The notes: generated by a model not told the origin, from the sequence alone. Positions 1 to 13,141 are shown, numbered from the stretch's first letter. The stretch is DNA of 64,000 nucleotides from Octopus bimaculoides (GCF_001194135.2 NC_068985.1:33545660-33609659); one strand, 5' to 3'. Numbers and translations are program-made.

Positions 1-375
1 CATCATCATTATTTAATGTCCTCTGTCCATGCTGGTATGGATTGGACCGTTTGACCAGAACTGGCAAGTAGGAGAGCTGCACCAGATTCCTGTTTGATTT
101 GGCATGGTTTTTACAGCTGGTTGCCCTTCCTAACACCAACCTCTTTACAGAATGTGTTGGGTGCTTTTATGTGGCACCACATGAGGGCTTTTATGTGACA
201 CCAGTATAGGACTCTTGCAGGCAAATTTTTTAACTAGGGGTACCAGCCTTAGCTCTTCTGCTGTGGAGTACAGGTCTTTTTGAGTACAGCAAGGCACCTG
301 GCATCTTGGTCCTTTGTCATCTTGCCCAAAAGGTTCAGCATCCTGAAGTCATCCTTCAGTATGTTGTCCATTTCT
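1..375 (-). mobile_element. Eroded RTE-type LINE 3' end / RTE-derived tail repeat
   Basis: Starts with (CAT)n then 'tttaatgtcc..ccatgctgg..cagctggttgcccttcctaacaccaacc', the reverse complement of the tail at 16135-16335. 300-375 resembles the reverse complement of the RTE ORF end at 14900-14990. Confidence 0.6.
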
Positions 376-1399
376 TAAAATTTTACTTGCATTTTGGTAA
401 TTTACTATAAAAGGAAATTTAACACATGCACACACACTCACACACATGCACACGCACACATATCTGCACAATAAATGGCTAAGTTGTGCATTAAGCATCT
501 GCCCTCTATGAACCTTTTTAATATATTTAGAAAATAGTTTTGCTGGATTCTATGTTTTAAACATTGAAGATTACACCTGTGTGCAAAATAAAAAGAAATT
601 CACAAGCTCAGTTTTCTTTGAAGTATGTCCCCCTCTCCCTGTAACTAATCCTAAGCTCTATACCCTAACCATAAACTCTACACTTAAAACCCAGCCCTAA
701 CTCTAAAGCCTAACTGTAACATTTTCCTTTCATGACAATAATTTACTATGTTTAATATGTCTAATTCACAAGGAAACAAATTGGAAAAATATGTCAAAAA
801 TGGAAAGCTGCTGCTGGTTGTGTACTCTGAGATAGAGATTGTGGACCAGTAAAAAGTTCTTTTTTAATTGTATCTTTAAAACTCTTTTTTTTTCCTTAAA
901 TCTTAAAGAAACTCTCCCTCCCCTCGAATAGAAAATAAAACAGTTAGGCAGATGGGGTTTCATATTACATACTTATTTAATACATATATAATCTATTTGA
1001 AATATTTTTTTAATATGGACACAAACAAATGTGATAAAAGAATCAGTTTGTAATCATCTGGATTTGGATTAATTTTGCTCAACAAGATCATTAAAAGCAA
1101 TTAATCAAAATTCCAGCTCTAAATTATTGAAAATAAGACCTTTTTAGCATTTCATGTTCAGGGCCTGATGAAAGGGAAAGTATTTACTTTGTCAAAGCCA
1201 GTGACCAAAAAATGAAAGTGTTTTCCTTCAAAATGAAACTGTTAAATAACAGTTAAGTGCCATTTCAATGATGTACAAAGGCTCCACATGATATTTTAAT
1301 TAAATTCTTAATGTGAGCCATGCATGGCTATTATCTATTGAGCTGTATCAAAATGTTAATAGATGAGATTACAATGTTTAACAGCAAATATACAAAATG

Positions 1400-1550
1400 C
1401 ACTTTTCTGCAAAATTATGGCCTCCTTAATTGCATTTCAATTTGTCCTGGTTGCAGTTATGAAGTAAAGTTTCATGAAAACCTGCATCATGTGAGATGGA
1501 TACCTGAGAGAGTATGCCAAAAGAGTTGTTGCAAGAAATTGTCATTATGA
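1400..1550 (+). mobile_element. Possible mariner transposase relic
   Basis: ORF 1320..1550 contains 'FHENLHHVRWIPER', loosely like the mariner 'LHExL..RWVP' motif; short and degenerate. Confidence 0.25.
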
Positions 1551-2789
1551 ACACATTTTTCTCAAGAAAACTGCTTTGTGAAATTCATCAAGCTTATATA
1601 TTAGTGCATGACATAGTAACCATTAAAATAATAGGTCATGAAACCACTTTCATCCTCATCATCAAAATTACTTTCACTTTTTGACCTAGAAACTCATAGT
1701 TTTGATGAAGTAAATGCTCTATCTTTCCAAGGGCTTTGGAAAATAAGGAAGCACTGACACTTGTTAAAAAAAAAAACTGTGATTATAACAAGTAAACAAA
1801 AACATAGTTATTTATATGAAAGGTTTTAGAAGAGCAGAAATAAAAACTAAAATATATCTATCTCTATTTCGGTGTGTGATGTGTTTTTTCTGAAATACAG
1901 AAAGTAAATTAAGATGATGTAATTTTTCTCTTTCTTTATTGATAATTACGGGCACTTGTTGGTGAGCAAGTGAGTGTTTGTGTTGATGTCATTCATGTAT
2001 ATCTTCATTTCATGAAGGCTGAAAACTATTTTTCTCTCTTGACATAATAAGTATTAAGTAACTTCCAGTACTTTGAAAAAGTACCTTAAATAACTTCTAG
2101 CACATTTCTGGGTCTAGGAACCCTTTGTTTTGAAGGTCCTGGAACACAAAAATATTGTGGAACTTAAAAGCAAATTGGCATATGTATAAAAGTACATTAT
2201 CAAAACATGTTGTGACCACAATGTACAGTTTTCTCTAATATTACAGTACACACAAACAGTCAAGCAAATGTTGAATTTTAATATCATGAAGATACAGCCA
2301 TACTGACTATTTTTTTAAATCACAGTCATACAATATTAGTTTTCTCAAAGTATTAAGAAGCTGTTGGAACTGACCTAAGTTTTTGAAGTGATGAATTTTA
2401 ACTTTTCTGGTATTTAGACAACAGAAACCATTAAATCTAAGTATCAGTCCTACTGCCTTTGTGTTGTTAACTTAAATCCTTTGAGATTAAATATACATTT
2501 CAGAAATCCTCTGAAACTGATCTCTGGAAAGTAACGTTGGAATGTAATGATAATCCTATACAGATAAAAGATAAAACCAACAGAAAATAACAGAAGGCTT
2601 ATAAGTTATATTTTTAAATAGACTTTATTGGTGTGACATAGAATCCTACACCTGAAAAAGCAGTATTTTGCAATTGCTATGAATGCACTGACTCAAATTA
2701 GATCTCGTATCTTAACTATCAATGACCAGTCAAAGCATATTGATCTATACAAAAGAAAAATAATGTCAATAATATATTACTGCAAATGA

Positions 2790-3000
2790 AGCTGCGATCT
2801 GGCAGAATTGTTAGCACACTAGGTAAAATGCTTAGTGGCATTTTGTCTGTCTTTACATTCTGAGTTCAAATTCTAACAAGGTTCACCCTGCCTTTCATCC
2901 CTTTTGGGGTAGATAAAATAAGTATCTGTTGAGCATGGAATTGATGTAATCAACTTACATCTTCCCCCAGAATTGCTGGCCTTGTACCAAAATTTGAAAC
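2790..3000 (+). mobile_element. tRNA-derived SINE, family B (Nin/Inv-like central motif)
   Basis: A-box-like 'tggcagaattg', B-box-like 'gagttcaaattc', core 'gcctttcatccttttggggtagataaaataagta'; degenerate duplicated flank 'caataatat..tgca'. Confidence 0.7.
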
Positions 3001-4428
3001 CAATAATATTTTATTGCAGATAAAAAATGTAGTTTAATGTTTCAGTCATATTTATTCAAAAGTGTGAACAAACATACAAAAGTGTGAAATTCTCTTAAGA
3101 AAATGACACCATGAGAAAGTAAATTAAAAATATATGTCTCTAAGTTTACACTTTATATATTTAAAGGAATATATAAGTCAGTGCTAACATAATTGATATG
3201 ATGAGTCAAAACATTTTAAATATTTAAAAGTAGACTAGTCAATAGAAAAAAAAAATCCCATTAGCTAGATGGCTAATTCTGGTCAAAAAGACAAGGGAGA
3301 CAATCTCAAAACTTAAATCAATTAAAAAAATCATAATGTGGGTATGCAGAAGTAAGCGTGGTCTTTGATGGTATGGTGACAACTCTCCTCAGTGAAACTA
3401 CTCTTACCAGTACTTATAGGCCTAAAATGATTAAGGCCATCGTCATCATCATTATCATTTAACATCCATGTTTTATGCCAGAATGGGTTGAAGTGAGATA
3501 TTTAGAGTGTTTGTGAATGAACAATAATATGTATGAAAACTTAAATTAATAACAGAGGAGGTGGGTACCCAGGGATACTTTTATTGCATGAAAAATAACT
3601 TAGTTAGTGTCAACATACTTAACATCATGTGCCGAGAAAATTTCAATTATCAAAATTACACTCTAAGTGAGAAAATAACAACACATTAGTTTAATGATTA
3701 ATTTTGCTCCAGAAAAAGAAGGGTATTAGTTATAAATTTAAATGATTTAAAAGTGTAATGTGGGCATTTAGTAGAAAGTGAATCACATCTAATATACTTA
3801 CTGTATTGAACCAAGACTCTTTACGTAGCAAAGTGTATTATAATGAACGTGGAATTTAGTGAAATCTGTATCTTAAAGAGTATTTTTCTTGCTGAGGTCT
3901 CTTGTCATTTTCTTAGTACCTAGCCAGCAGCGACTGTTGTACAGATATATCTTGAACATACTTCCTGTTATTCAGCTGACGTCTAGACGTCTGTTGCATT
4001 GTGATATTATTATTTATTTATTTTTGTAGTATTTCATTTTTTTATGTAGGTGTTGTGTTAATAAAAAGAAGAGTAATTATAATTATTGGAGCAAGGAAAT
4101 GTCAATTGTATCTGTTAAACTGTTTCTTCCCTTGTGCTCTTACCCCACCTCTCTCATAACTATTTCATTTTACTTTAAACCATTTTACCTTAAACATTTC
4201 AACTGCGGTGCATAAAATAAATATTTCAAATCCCATTGCTTTCTTTGCATATTGTAAAGTTATCAGCTTTGTAAATGAGATGTATCTATGATATCGTTTT
4301 ACATTATACAACACTGGGATTGGAAGTCTTAACACCCCTATCACCTTTCAAACAAATAAAAGATTTTTCAAGTCAAGGCTTCATACCAAAAACCTGGGGG
4401 TTTTTTCATACAGTTAAACGTCTACAAA

Positions 4429-4430
<2 letters not shown>

Positions 4431-4464
<34 letters not shown>
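4431..4464. repeat. (TA)n microsatellite
   Basis: Directly visible; one of many (TA)n, (CA)n, (GA)n, (CAT)n and (AAT)n tracts in the window. Confidence 0.95.
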
Positions 4465-4468
<4 letters not shown>

Positions 4469-4769
4469 TCCTACATCAGAATACTACTTACATATGAGAT
4501 GGTACAGTCATCATACATATACATACTTTGGTTTGCTTGATAAATATGTCTTCATTCATAAACGCTCTGCAACATTCAACCCTGTCATCAAGTTGTACAC
4601 ATCTCATTCAGTCTCATCTCTTGTTAATGCAACAGTCTCTTTTCCTGTGACCTGCATTTTTTGACTGCTTAGATCCTTTGTTAACATACACCAGTGAAAG
4701 ATATACTCGTACACAATTGTGTATCTATCTATCTATCTATCTATCCACACAAACACACACTCACTAGAA

Positions 4770-4905
4770 CTGTCTATTATTAAATTTCACTCACAAAGTA
4801 CTATTCAACCTACAGCTATGGTAGAAGACAGTTGCCAGATGTGCTATGTGGTGGGATTGAACCTCAAATACATAGTAATGAACCAAATTTCTTGACTTCA
4901 TCACC
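4770..4905 (-). mobile_element. Eroded family A SINE head
   Basis: 'aaatttcactcacaaag..ctatggtagaagacagttgcc..gtgggattgaacc' matches the reverse complement of the head at 15536-15718. Confidence 0.5.
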
Positions 4906-5689
4906 ATATTTTAATGTTATTTTGGGTTATCATATATTCATTTTTTTAAAATTTCATTATATGCTTTCAACTAGATAAATAGGATGTGTGTGTGTGTGTG
5001 TGTGTATGTGTGTTTGTATATATTTTCTTCCTAGTACTAGTTAAATTTCTTCTAATATCTGAATTTGGAAAATTGAAAAATAAATATTATGTCATGTTAA
5101 AGATACATTTGAATTTACTTGCAAGTCTCAGAATGACATTGTTGAATCTCTAAATATAAACTGTTAATAGTGAATCTTGTAAAAAGTGGTTGGTTCCTGT
5201 CTAACAGCCATTACCAATAGAGTCAATAAGAATACAGAAATAAATTTTTCTAGGTCAGAAATAAACTTTAAGGGTAGTATCTATACAAGAAATATATATA
5301 TATATGTATAAACAAACTGCATACTCATAAAAATAGCACTTGTTTATCTTGAGCCCATTAACAAGTATATAACTACTATGTAACTGTTTTTTATGTTTTT
5401 GCTTGTGCTTTGAATTTTTCTCTTAGCTTTTAGCATATTACATAAAATGGTAACAGCTGAGCTCATTTTCATGAAATATTTTGACAAGATTTTGTCAACA
5501 TTTTTTTAGTTTTTATAGTCAATTGATAACAAAGCAATCAACTATGCCAACAATTTCATATTAGACTCAACGGTTTTTCTCTCTCTTCCTCTTATTGTGA
5601 TAGTTTCTTGTGACAAAATGAATTAACATCATACTGCTAACACCTATCATGTTGTTAACAATAGCTATATATTTTCCCTTCAGTGATCA

Positions 5690-5900
5690 GCTATATTGTA
5701 TCCATCCTGGGACACAATACATCCTGGACCCCAACACTGTTACTAATTCTAATCCTTTCCCTCCAGAATGTTAGCCATTCTGAAATTCCCTCCCTGCTCT
5801 TGTCTTTCCCCGTATGTGTTAATGTACAACAGTCTTGGACTTTTAATAGCATCAGTCTCATCAATCTTGAAGGATTTGCAAAGTCTATAGGCACTTCCTT
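5690..5900 (-). mobile_element. Degenerate Tx1/L1-type APE endonuclease fragment
   Basis: Across frames the minus strand gives 'LLYINTYG..' and '..GVQDVLCPRMD', resembling the APE 'NVYAP' and 'GDxNxVLDPxxD' motifs; several frameshifts needed. Confidence 0.3.
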
Positions 5901-6129
5901 TTTCTCTTGATCCAACGCAGCAAGTGAAAAGAAAGTATAAACAGATGATATGATAGTATACTGAAACAGTAGGTTCTTTATTGGTACTTTCATTAATTTT
6001 CTAATTTCAAATCCTACTAAAAGCATCTCTGCCAGTCATATTTCATAGATTAATGAAATAAACACCTATCTTAAATTTTGAACTTTTCTCAATCAAAAAT
6101 TTGGTCTTTTAAATAAAATAAAACTATAG

Positions 6130-6465
6130 CACCTTGGGCAAGTATCTTCTGTATCATTGGACTGACTAAAGCCTTGTGATTGGATTTGAAAGACAGAAAC
6201 TAAAAGAAGCTTGTTGTGTATGTGTGTGTTTATACCTACTTGTCTTGGCATTACATAAGAGTTACTGTCATATAAGCAATGTCATTCATTTTCAATTTTT
6301 CATGAAAATATATCTGACCATTCATTATCTTACTTGGAAACAAGTAAGGGTTGACTACAAGAAGGACATCTGGCCATAGAAAAACCTACCTAATGAATTC
6401 CTCCTAACTGCAAGCATTGAAAAGTGGATGTTAAAACAATAATAATGATGACGATGATGATTATA
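6130..6465 (+). mobile_element. Eroded SINE: family A head fragment, (TG)n, RTE-derived tail
   Basis: 'caccttgggcaagtatcttc..aaagccttgtgattggatttg', then 'aagaaggacatctggccatagaaa..aagtggatgttaaaac..gatgacgatgatga'. Confidence 0.5.
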
Positions 6466-6569
6466 TTTGAGAATTATCTATCATATATGGAAAGGTCATT
6501 GACAACCACATTGCCAAAGCCAATATCCCTTTTGTGTCTGTATAAGCATGTATGAGTGAACCATGCAGT

Positions 6570-7200
6570 GCATCTATCCACCAGAATCAAAGTTTATGAG
6601 GCAGCTGTCATCACCACTCTTTTCTATGAGTCAGAAGCTTGAATGTTGTACAGGAAGCAAGTGAAGCTGCTGGAATGCTTCAACTTGAGATGCCTTTGCT
6701 CTACCATGGACATTTCACGGAAGGAGTACATTGCCAATAATGATGTCCTCCAGCAGGCCAACATCTCACTTATTGAAACCATGCTGCTGTCCATCTAGCT
6801 CAAATGGACCGGCCACATCTTATGCATAGACAATCCAGAATGCTAAAGGCCATATTTTGCAGCAAACTCAACCAGGGCAAAAGAGACAGAAGCAGTCCCT
6901 GGAAGCATTTCAAAGATCAGATGAATTGCCAGCTCATCTAGGCAGGAAGAGACCCAACAGGGTGGAAGAGGGTCACAGCACAGAGGGTGGTGTGGTGAAA
7001 TTGCACTCAGATTGTTGCAAGCAATTTTGAGAAGGCCAGAACAACTGCAATGGATAGGAAACACCAGAGAGGGAAAGAGTCATTGTCATGACCCTCACCT
7101 GCATATTTGTCCCAGGTCCTGTCAATCAAGGATTGCTTTACAGAACCACTTGAGGGCTTGCCACTCTTCCTCATGATCTTTAAGAATGAGGAACTGCCTC
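6570..7200 (+). mobile_element. RTE (BovB-like) LINE 3' fragment, pseudogenised
   Basis: Frame-broken translation gives 'KVYEAAVITTLFYESEA*MLYRKQVKLLECF', 'LKWTGH', 'PECxRPYF' and a terminal 'ICPRSCQSRIALQNHLRAC' Zn-finger-like motif, as in RTE C-termini. Confidence 0.75.
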
Positions 7201-7229
7201 TATATCATCAGCTAATATATGTAAATATT

Positions 7230-7453
7230 AGGGCGGTGTGCTGGCAGAATCATTAGCATGCTGGGCAAAATACTTAGCAGTTTTTTGTCTGCAGTTATGT
7301 TCTGAGTTCAGATTCCACCGAGGTTGACTTTGCCTTTCATCCTTTCGGGGGTCCATTAAATAAGTACCAGTAACACACTAGGGTTGATGTAATCGACTTA
7401 CTCCCTTTGTTTGTCCTCTCTATGTTTAGCCTCTTGTGGGCAATAAAGAAATA
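7230..7453 (+). mobile_element. Family B tRNA-derived SINE with 16-bp target-site duplication
   Basis: 'aatatatgtaaatatt' at 7214-7229 and 7454-7469 flanks the element; A/B-box-like head and 'gcctttcatcctttcggggg' core. Confidence 0.8.
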
Positions 7454-8406
7454 AATATATGTAAATATTGTCTCTTTACATTAACACAATGCTATGGGTG
7501 TATATGGGAGGATTTTAATCAATTGAATCAACTCCATTGGTCGATAGTTATTTAACTGACCCAGAGATGGTGACAGTGACATCAGGATTTTAAATGGCAT
7601 GGCAGAGGGGTGAAATTGTATCATATAAAGCATTTTATTCAGCATAATATAATTATTATAATATTGCATATTTATTATGATCCAAATATTAGTAAGTCAT
7701 GTGACTGATTTTACATAATTTAGTATTTACTCTAGTTTTGTATTATTTGTACTATTCCACTACTTTTATTTCTATATGAATATTAAAATTTACCTTCCAA
7801 TATTTTGAATATTGATTTGTCTTTAGAAAATCTGTATAAAGATATGATTTTATTTTTAAAACACATTCTGAAAAAAAAAAAGGAAAAAAACTTTTAAATA
7901 GCTTCAAAACATTTTTTCAAATGCTACAAAGAATTGATATTGAAAAGTAAGTAAATTTTTGTTGATGCAAAAACGTTTCTTTTTCAAATTTATTTCAGTA
8001 TTTACTTTCATTAATTTGATCAATACTTCTTTTTTTTTTTGTCTCTTATTGTTATTTTAATCTTTATGTGCATATAACACTTGGTTTTAGTCACAATGTC
8101 CTCAGGTTCATTCTGATACCAAAATTGTGGGCCTATAGTCCAGCCCAATCTTATAAGGATTAATGGCAAAAATAAACAAATAACTGTCAATTCATTAGTT
8201 TTACTTCTTTCAATTATTTCTTACTTTGACATTTCATAACTCCAGAAAAATATTTAATTAAACTACTACATTGTCTGAAGATAGAAAATCAAATTATTTT
8301 TATTGTAGTTTTACATTCTTTGTAGGAGTTCAGCTGCCTGAGTCAAGAATTTGTCAAATTTCTTACTATCAAATCAGCAGTAACTGTTTTATCACAAGCA
8401 TTATTC

Positions 8407-8695
8407 CAGGGGTTGGCAGTAGGAAGGCCATTGGGGTGTTCTCTGTGGGCCTTAAACTTTTCCTAAAAATTTTCAAATTTAATGTATTTGTGGACTGTTG
8501 ATCAGCTGATGGTTTTTAAATAATCTTCATAAACATTACCAAACTTACATAAACATTACCAATGAATGTGTTGGGCAGGGTGGATATGTAAAAATATTTT
8601 ATATGTAAAATATTATATAATGTATATGTGGACTATGGGCAAGGGTAAAAAATTTGAAAATGGGCTTTTACAAAAAGAACTTGCTAATTTCTACA
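8407..8695. mobile_element. Possible hAT-type MITE relic
   Basis: Left end 'caggggttggcag..gtgggcc' resembles hAT (CAGGGG..) termini; right end 'aagaacttgctaatttct' is only a weak match. Confidence 0.3.
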
Positions 8696-9706
8696 TTGTG
8701 TGCCTTACAGATTACATCTATTTCAAAATAAGACTCTCTTTATAGCTGTAAGATAGAGTTCACTACTCTCAACAATAAGAGATATGTCTAAGTGACAATT
8801 GTTTCATAACTGATTGTACTAGATTCCCTGATCAAACAAAGTAAAGGAAATAAGAAACTGTTCCACTAATATTCTCTTAAATTATTGAGAGAAGATGAAG
8901 TCTTATATGATCAAATGTATTATGGAGTGAGTAGCAAATGAAAAAATTTAGTTCAAACTTTTCTTATGAGTAAACTATTGGCACATATTTACTCATCTCA
9001 TACCACCATGCACACATCATTGTAGTTTTATAAACATTATTAACATATCAGTATAGTATTAGTCACAGTCTAGTAAGATTGCTCTGAATGTTGCTATCAT
9101 TGTTTTTATCTCCATCACCATTAGAATAATTCATTTTTTTTTAAAGTAATATTTGCCTCTCTTCTTTCCTTCTGAGACAGCAAATATCTATTGCTTTGTT
9201 TTATCAATAACTGCTTTATTGATAAAAAAGATTGATTTATCATAGTGTGTCTGTTTTGCTTTATTTCAATAAATGCTATTATGACATCCAGATTCTTCTG
9301 ATCTCTTTTGTATATACGCTCTTGAATTTAGATAGCTTCTATGAAGAACCTTAGGGAAGACATGCACAAAGTAGTTTTGCTTTGTTTACAAGGATATGTT
9401 TGTATATGTTGTAATAACTCTTAAACATCAACAACTTTGGAAGGGTATGCACTGAGCTCTGATTTCATGGCTTGAACCATAAGAGATATATATTTGCTCC
9501 TGGATGGGACTCCAGTCTATTAGAGTTAATATTCCCAAATGATCTGGTGCCTATTCCTGATAGCTTGGTGAACTGAGGGAATGTGGAATAAAGTATTTTT
9601 TCCTTCCAGAACATATAACATATTTTGAACTTTCAATGCATAAGCAAGTTGCCCAATACTTTAACTCTATGACCACCCTACTTTTGTGGGCGTATTCCAA
9701 GAATGT

Positions 9707-9755
9707 TCATCATTTATCCCCCTCTATTTTTAAAATAGAGGGGGATAAATGATGA
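9707..9755. repeat. Perfect 49-bp palindrome (24-bp arms, 1-nt spacer)
   Basis: tcatcatttatccccctctatttt-t-aaaatagagggggataaatgatga; arms checked base by base. Confidence 0.95.
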
Positions 9756-11465
9756 GGCTCACTCATCAAGATTTATGCTGAATCACTTAGTCACATCATC
9801 AAGTGTTGTAATGACAATTGTTAGGAATATGAAGTCATTATCCATGTATAGGATTCATTCTTTATTTGTAAATTTCTTGTTTTTCATTTGTCTTGGAAGT
9901 AACATTTCCAGCTGGATATGTTTCCTATTGTGTGCCATGTGTAGATGAGATATAGAGAGAGGAGAAAGAAAGCTAGAAAAAGGGAGAGAGGGAGAGAGAG
10001 AGTTCATCTTAGAGTCAAAATAAGAAATCCTATTTTGAATTCCAAACTATTGCTACACCATCTTATATAGACTACTTGCTCCAGCAATATGTAAAGGTAC
10101 AAATTTTCTGAAACCAAATTTTCTTAAGACAAAGACAACTAGGATAGAGTTTGGTCTTGGAGCTCAGTGCTATACAAAGGCTGTATACAAACCTATCCAA
10201 ATCAGTATGCCAGAGGTTAAGTTGTCCAGTGTTGATTCTCGTGCTATTGCCTCAGCACCAGCTTATAGAGTACAAAAGAGAAAAAGAATTCATTTTTCTA
10301 AAGAACTGAATATCTTAGTTGTTGAATATAGTTTCTTTAACAGAGGTTGAATTCTACTTTGTGTTAATATTATCACTGCCATTGGTAGGTGTCATTTGGA
10401 TTTACTTGATAGAAGTTGTGAATAAATAAGACATTTAACATACCTAGATGTAACTATCTCATCTATGGTGTGAGCAAGTTGGCATAATAACTGAAATAAT
10501 ATTAGTCAATGGTTAACATAATTTTTGTTTCTTCTTTTTTTTTTTACTTCATTGTTTAATTATATTTAGTTATCTCTTAATGCTCTTTGCATTAAATTTG
10601 TTAATACCAACTTAACTATTGCTTTTTCCATGGATGGCATCTCTGAGTAATTTATTCTTTAAAATTTCTATTTTTCTGTGCCAACTAGTGCACATTATTA
10701 CGTATTTATATAGTGATTCTCTCATCACTACTTCTGAAGGTATAGTGATGACTATGCTTTGTTGATGAGCTCATAATAATAATGAAACATGTCCAGAGTC
10801 ATCTCCTTTGCTGAAATAATTAAAATTATATTAGTCAATGATTATTATAATTTATTTTCCATTTCTACTTTATTATTTGCAGTTAGCTTTTTAATTTTCC
10901 CAGCATTAAATATGTTAACACTAAGTTAACTTATGATTTAAGTCTTTAAAATGGTATCCAATTTTCATAACATTAGGTTGTTTTGTTGGGGAAGCTTCAG
11001 CTACTAAATTGAACAGAGTGAGTCACTTGTGTTAATCCATAGATTTTATAAGCAAAGGCTTACATGAGCTTCAATGAAGTTCCTGGCTTTAAATTATTGC
11101 TTATTCCAATACAGCTGTGTAATTAGTACTTTTATTTTTTTGTCTTTTATTTAGTGTACTGTCATCCTTCAAAGGACTTTCATGTGTTAACAGACCATTC
11201 TTCACATAAAAAAAAAAACAGTTACAGCCATTGAACTCCCTGAAGCACAGTTCAATGGCTGTAGCAAGGATAAAATTCACGAATATATATATTCAGTCAA
11301 TTGGTTTTGGGAGTCATTGAGTCTAAATTTCAAACTTAATTATTGTAATTTACTTATGATTTTTGTATTTTAAAATCAGTTGCTGATTGTTGTGTGGAAA
11401 TTTTTGCTTTTTAATTAAATTGTTAATAAAGTTAATAAATTATTAACTACAATTTAATTTAATAT

Positions 11466-11494
11466 TTTTCTTTTTTTTTTTTTTGCAGGTAAGT
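11466..11494 (+). promoter_or_regulatory. Candidate recursive splice site (ratchet point): 3'SS immediately followed by 5'SS
   Basis: tttttc(t)14gcag|gtaagt with AG at 11487-11488 and GT at 11489-11490; branch-like 'tattaac' about 45 nt upstream; no intervening AG. Confidence 0.55.
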
Positions 11495-11829
11495 TTACAA
11501 GATTAATACAAGAACAATAACAAAAAAAAAAAAAAAAAAAAACCAAAATAGCAGAACATTTTATAAGAAATTCTTCTTTGGTAACTATAATGTTATATAA
11601 ATAAATTACTCTCTCTATCTGTAAAGTTATCCCAGAAGTATAATTTTTAAGTTAGAGAAAAACTATTGTTTGATGTCATTGAATGATGAAAATTTAGTGA
11701 ACCTTAGGTGAAGCTCAGCCTGGCAATTTGTTACTGAAATATTAATCTCCATGTTCACCATAATAGACCCTCAATTATATAAAGGACCAATTATGAGTAC
11801 TATCTTGTCATATGCTGATCATGTCTAAG

Positions 11830-12360
11830 GAGGGTGAGGTACAATGGTATTTTTTTGGTATGAGTTGTGCTTTATTTTTCTGTTGAGTCAATGCATTGGA
11901 GGATATTTTCAAAGTCCTTGTTCATGGAGTCAATGCAGGTTTGGTATTAGATGTTTAGCTTGCAAGTGTCTGATACTTGGGTATAAACAGTTTTGGTGGA
12001 ATGAAGGGTGGTGTCATCTGCATAAAAGTGCACATTGCTGGGGGGAGGGGTGATTCCAAGTCAGTCATTGATATATATGAAGAGGAGCATGAAGGACAGA
12101 ACTAAACCCTGAGGCACACCAGAGTTAACAGGGAGAACTTCATCAGTAAAGTCTGCAATACTATGAGCTGACAGGAAGATACCAATGCAAGTGATGAGAA
12201 ATGGGTAGAGCCCATAGATGGGCAGCAGATTTGTTAGGAGTTTCATGTGCCAGACATAGTCAACAGCTTTGCTGATGTTGATGGTATCAACACTGTTTTC
12301 ACCAAATTTCTCTAGGATGAGAACCCACTAATGAGTGACATGGGAGAGTAGATTTAGCTC
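11830..12360 (-). mobile_element. CR1-group (CR1/L2/Crack-like) LINE reverse transcriptase fragment
   Basis: Minus strand: 'NISKAVDYVWH', 'NSGVPQGLVLSFMLLFIYIND' (ORF 12061..12246), then 'HFYADDTTLH' (YADD motif). Confidence 0.8.
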
Positions 12361-13141
12361 TATCTGCTAAATAAAAGTGAGATCTAGTTAGGGGAAATTT
12401 ATTACATTAGCATAACCTTTTTATATTCCTGTTAATTTTGTCCCTTATATATGATAGTATTCATTTGATAACCAAGAACATTTATATTGACCCACATTGT
12501 ATTACCATTAGGAGTTGAACATTTAAAAATCACCCCCACTTCATTTTTCTGATGCTGATTTTTCTCAACTTGCACATAATGTATAAAGCTGAGAAAGCTA
12601 GAAACAATTGATTCTTTGTTTAGCTGTCATTATTGTGAGAATTAGTTTTTTGAAGAGCTTCATAACAATAGGTATCAATGGGTTAATTGATTGGGTACTC
12701 TTGTGAGTATTGACAATTTCTTGTTGTTCAAAGCTGATATTCCAGTTAGTAATATCATCTACAACTAGAGATTTTGGGTGTGACAAACCTGAAAAGGATT
12801 TTTCTTCTTTTATTTCATATATTTTTTAATTTTACTTTAATGCTTATTGATTATTTATAATGGTACAAAACTCCATATTTATAGTGATGAGGTATATAAT
12901 ATAGCATGATGCTTATACTTTATGAATGACAATGAAATTGAATGACCATAATGAAGAAAACTTAAAATATGATTGCCAATATGGCTCTCAAGGGTTTGCT
13001 TCAGCTTTTACTTTCCTTTCATTATAAATTCAGGGTAGTAGGTAATGCTCTAGAGTGCAAGCTAAATTTTGAACAAATTTATTAAGACCTTTAAGAAAGG
13101 CATGAACATCATATCTGCTTGTCTGCTTCAAGCTTTTACAG

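Noticed and set aside
640-720. Degenerate (CCCTAA)n telomere-like tract
   Set aside because: Only scattered 'cctaac' units; more consistent with an eroded interspersed repeat than an interstitial telomere.
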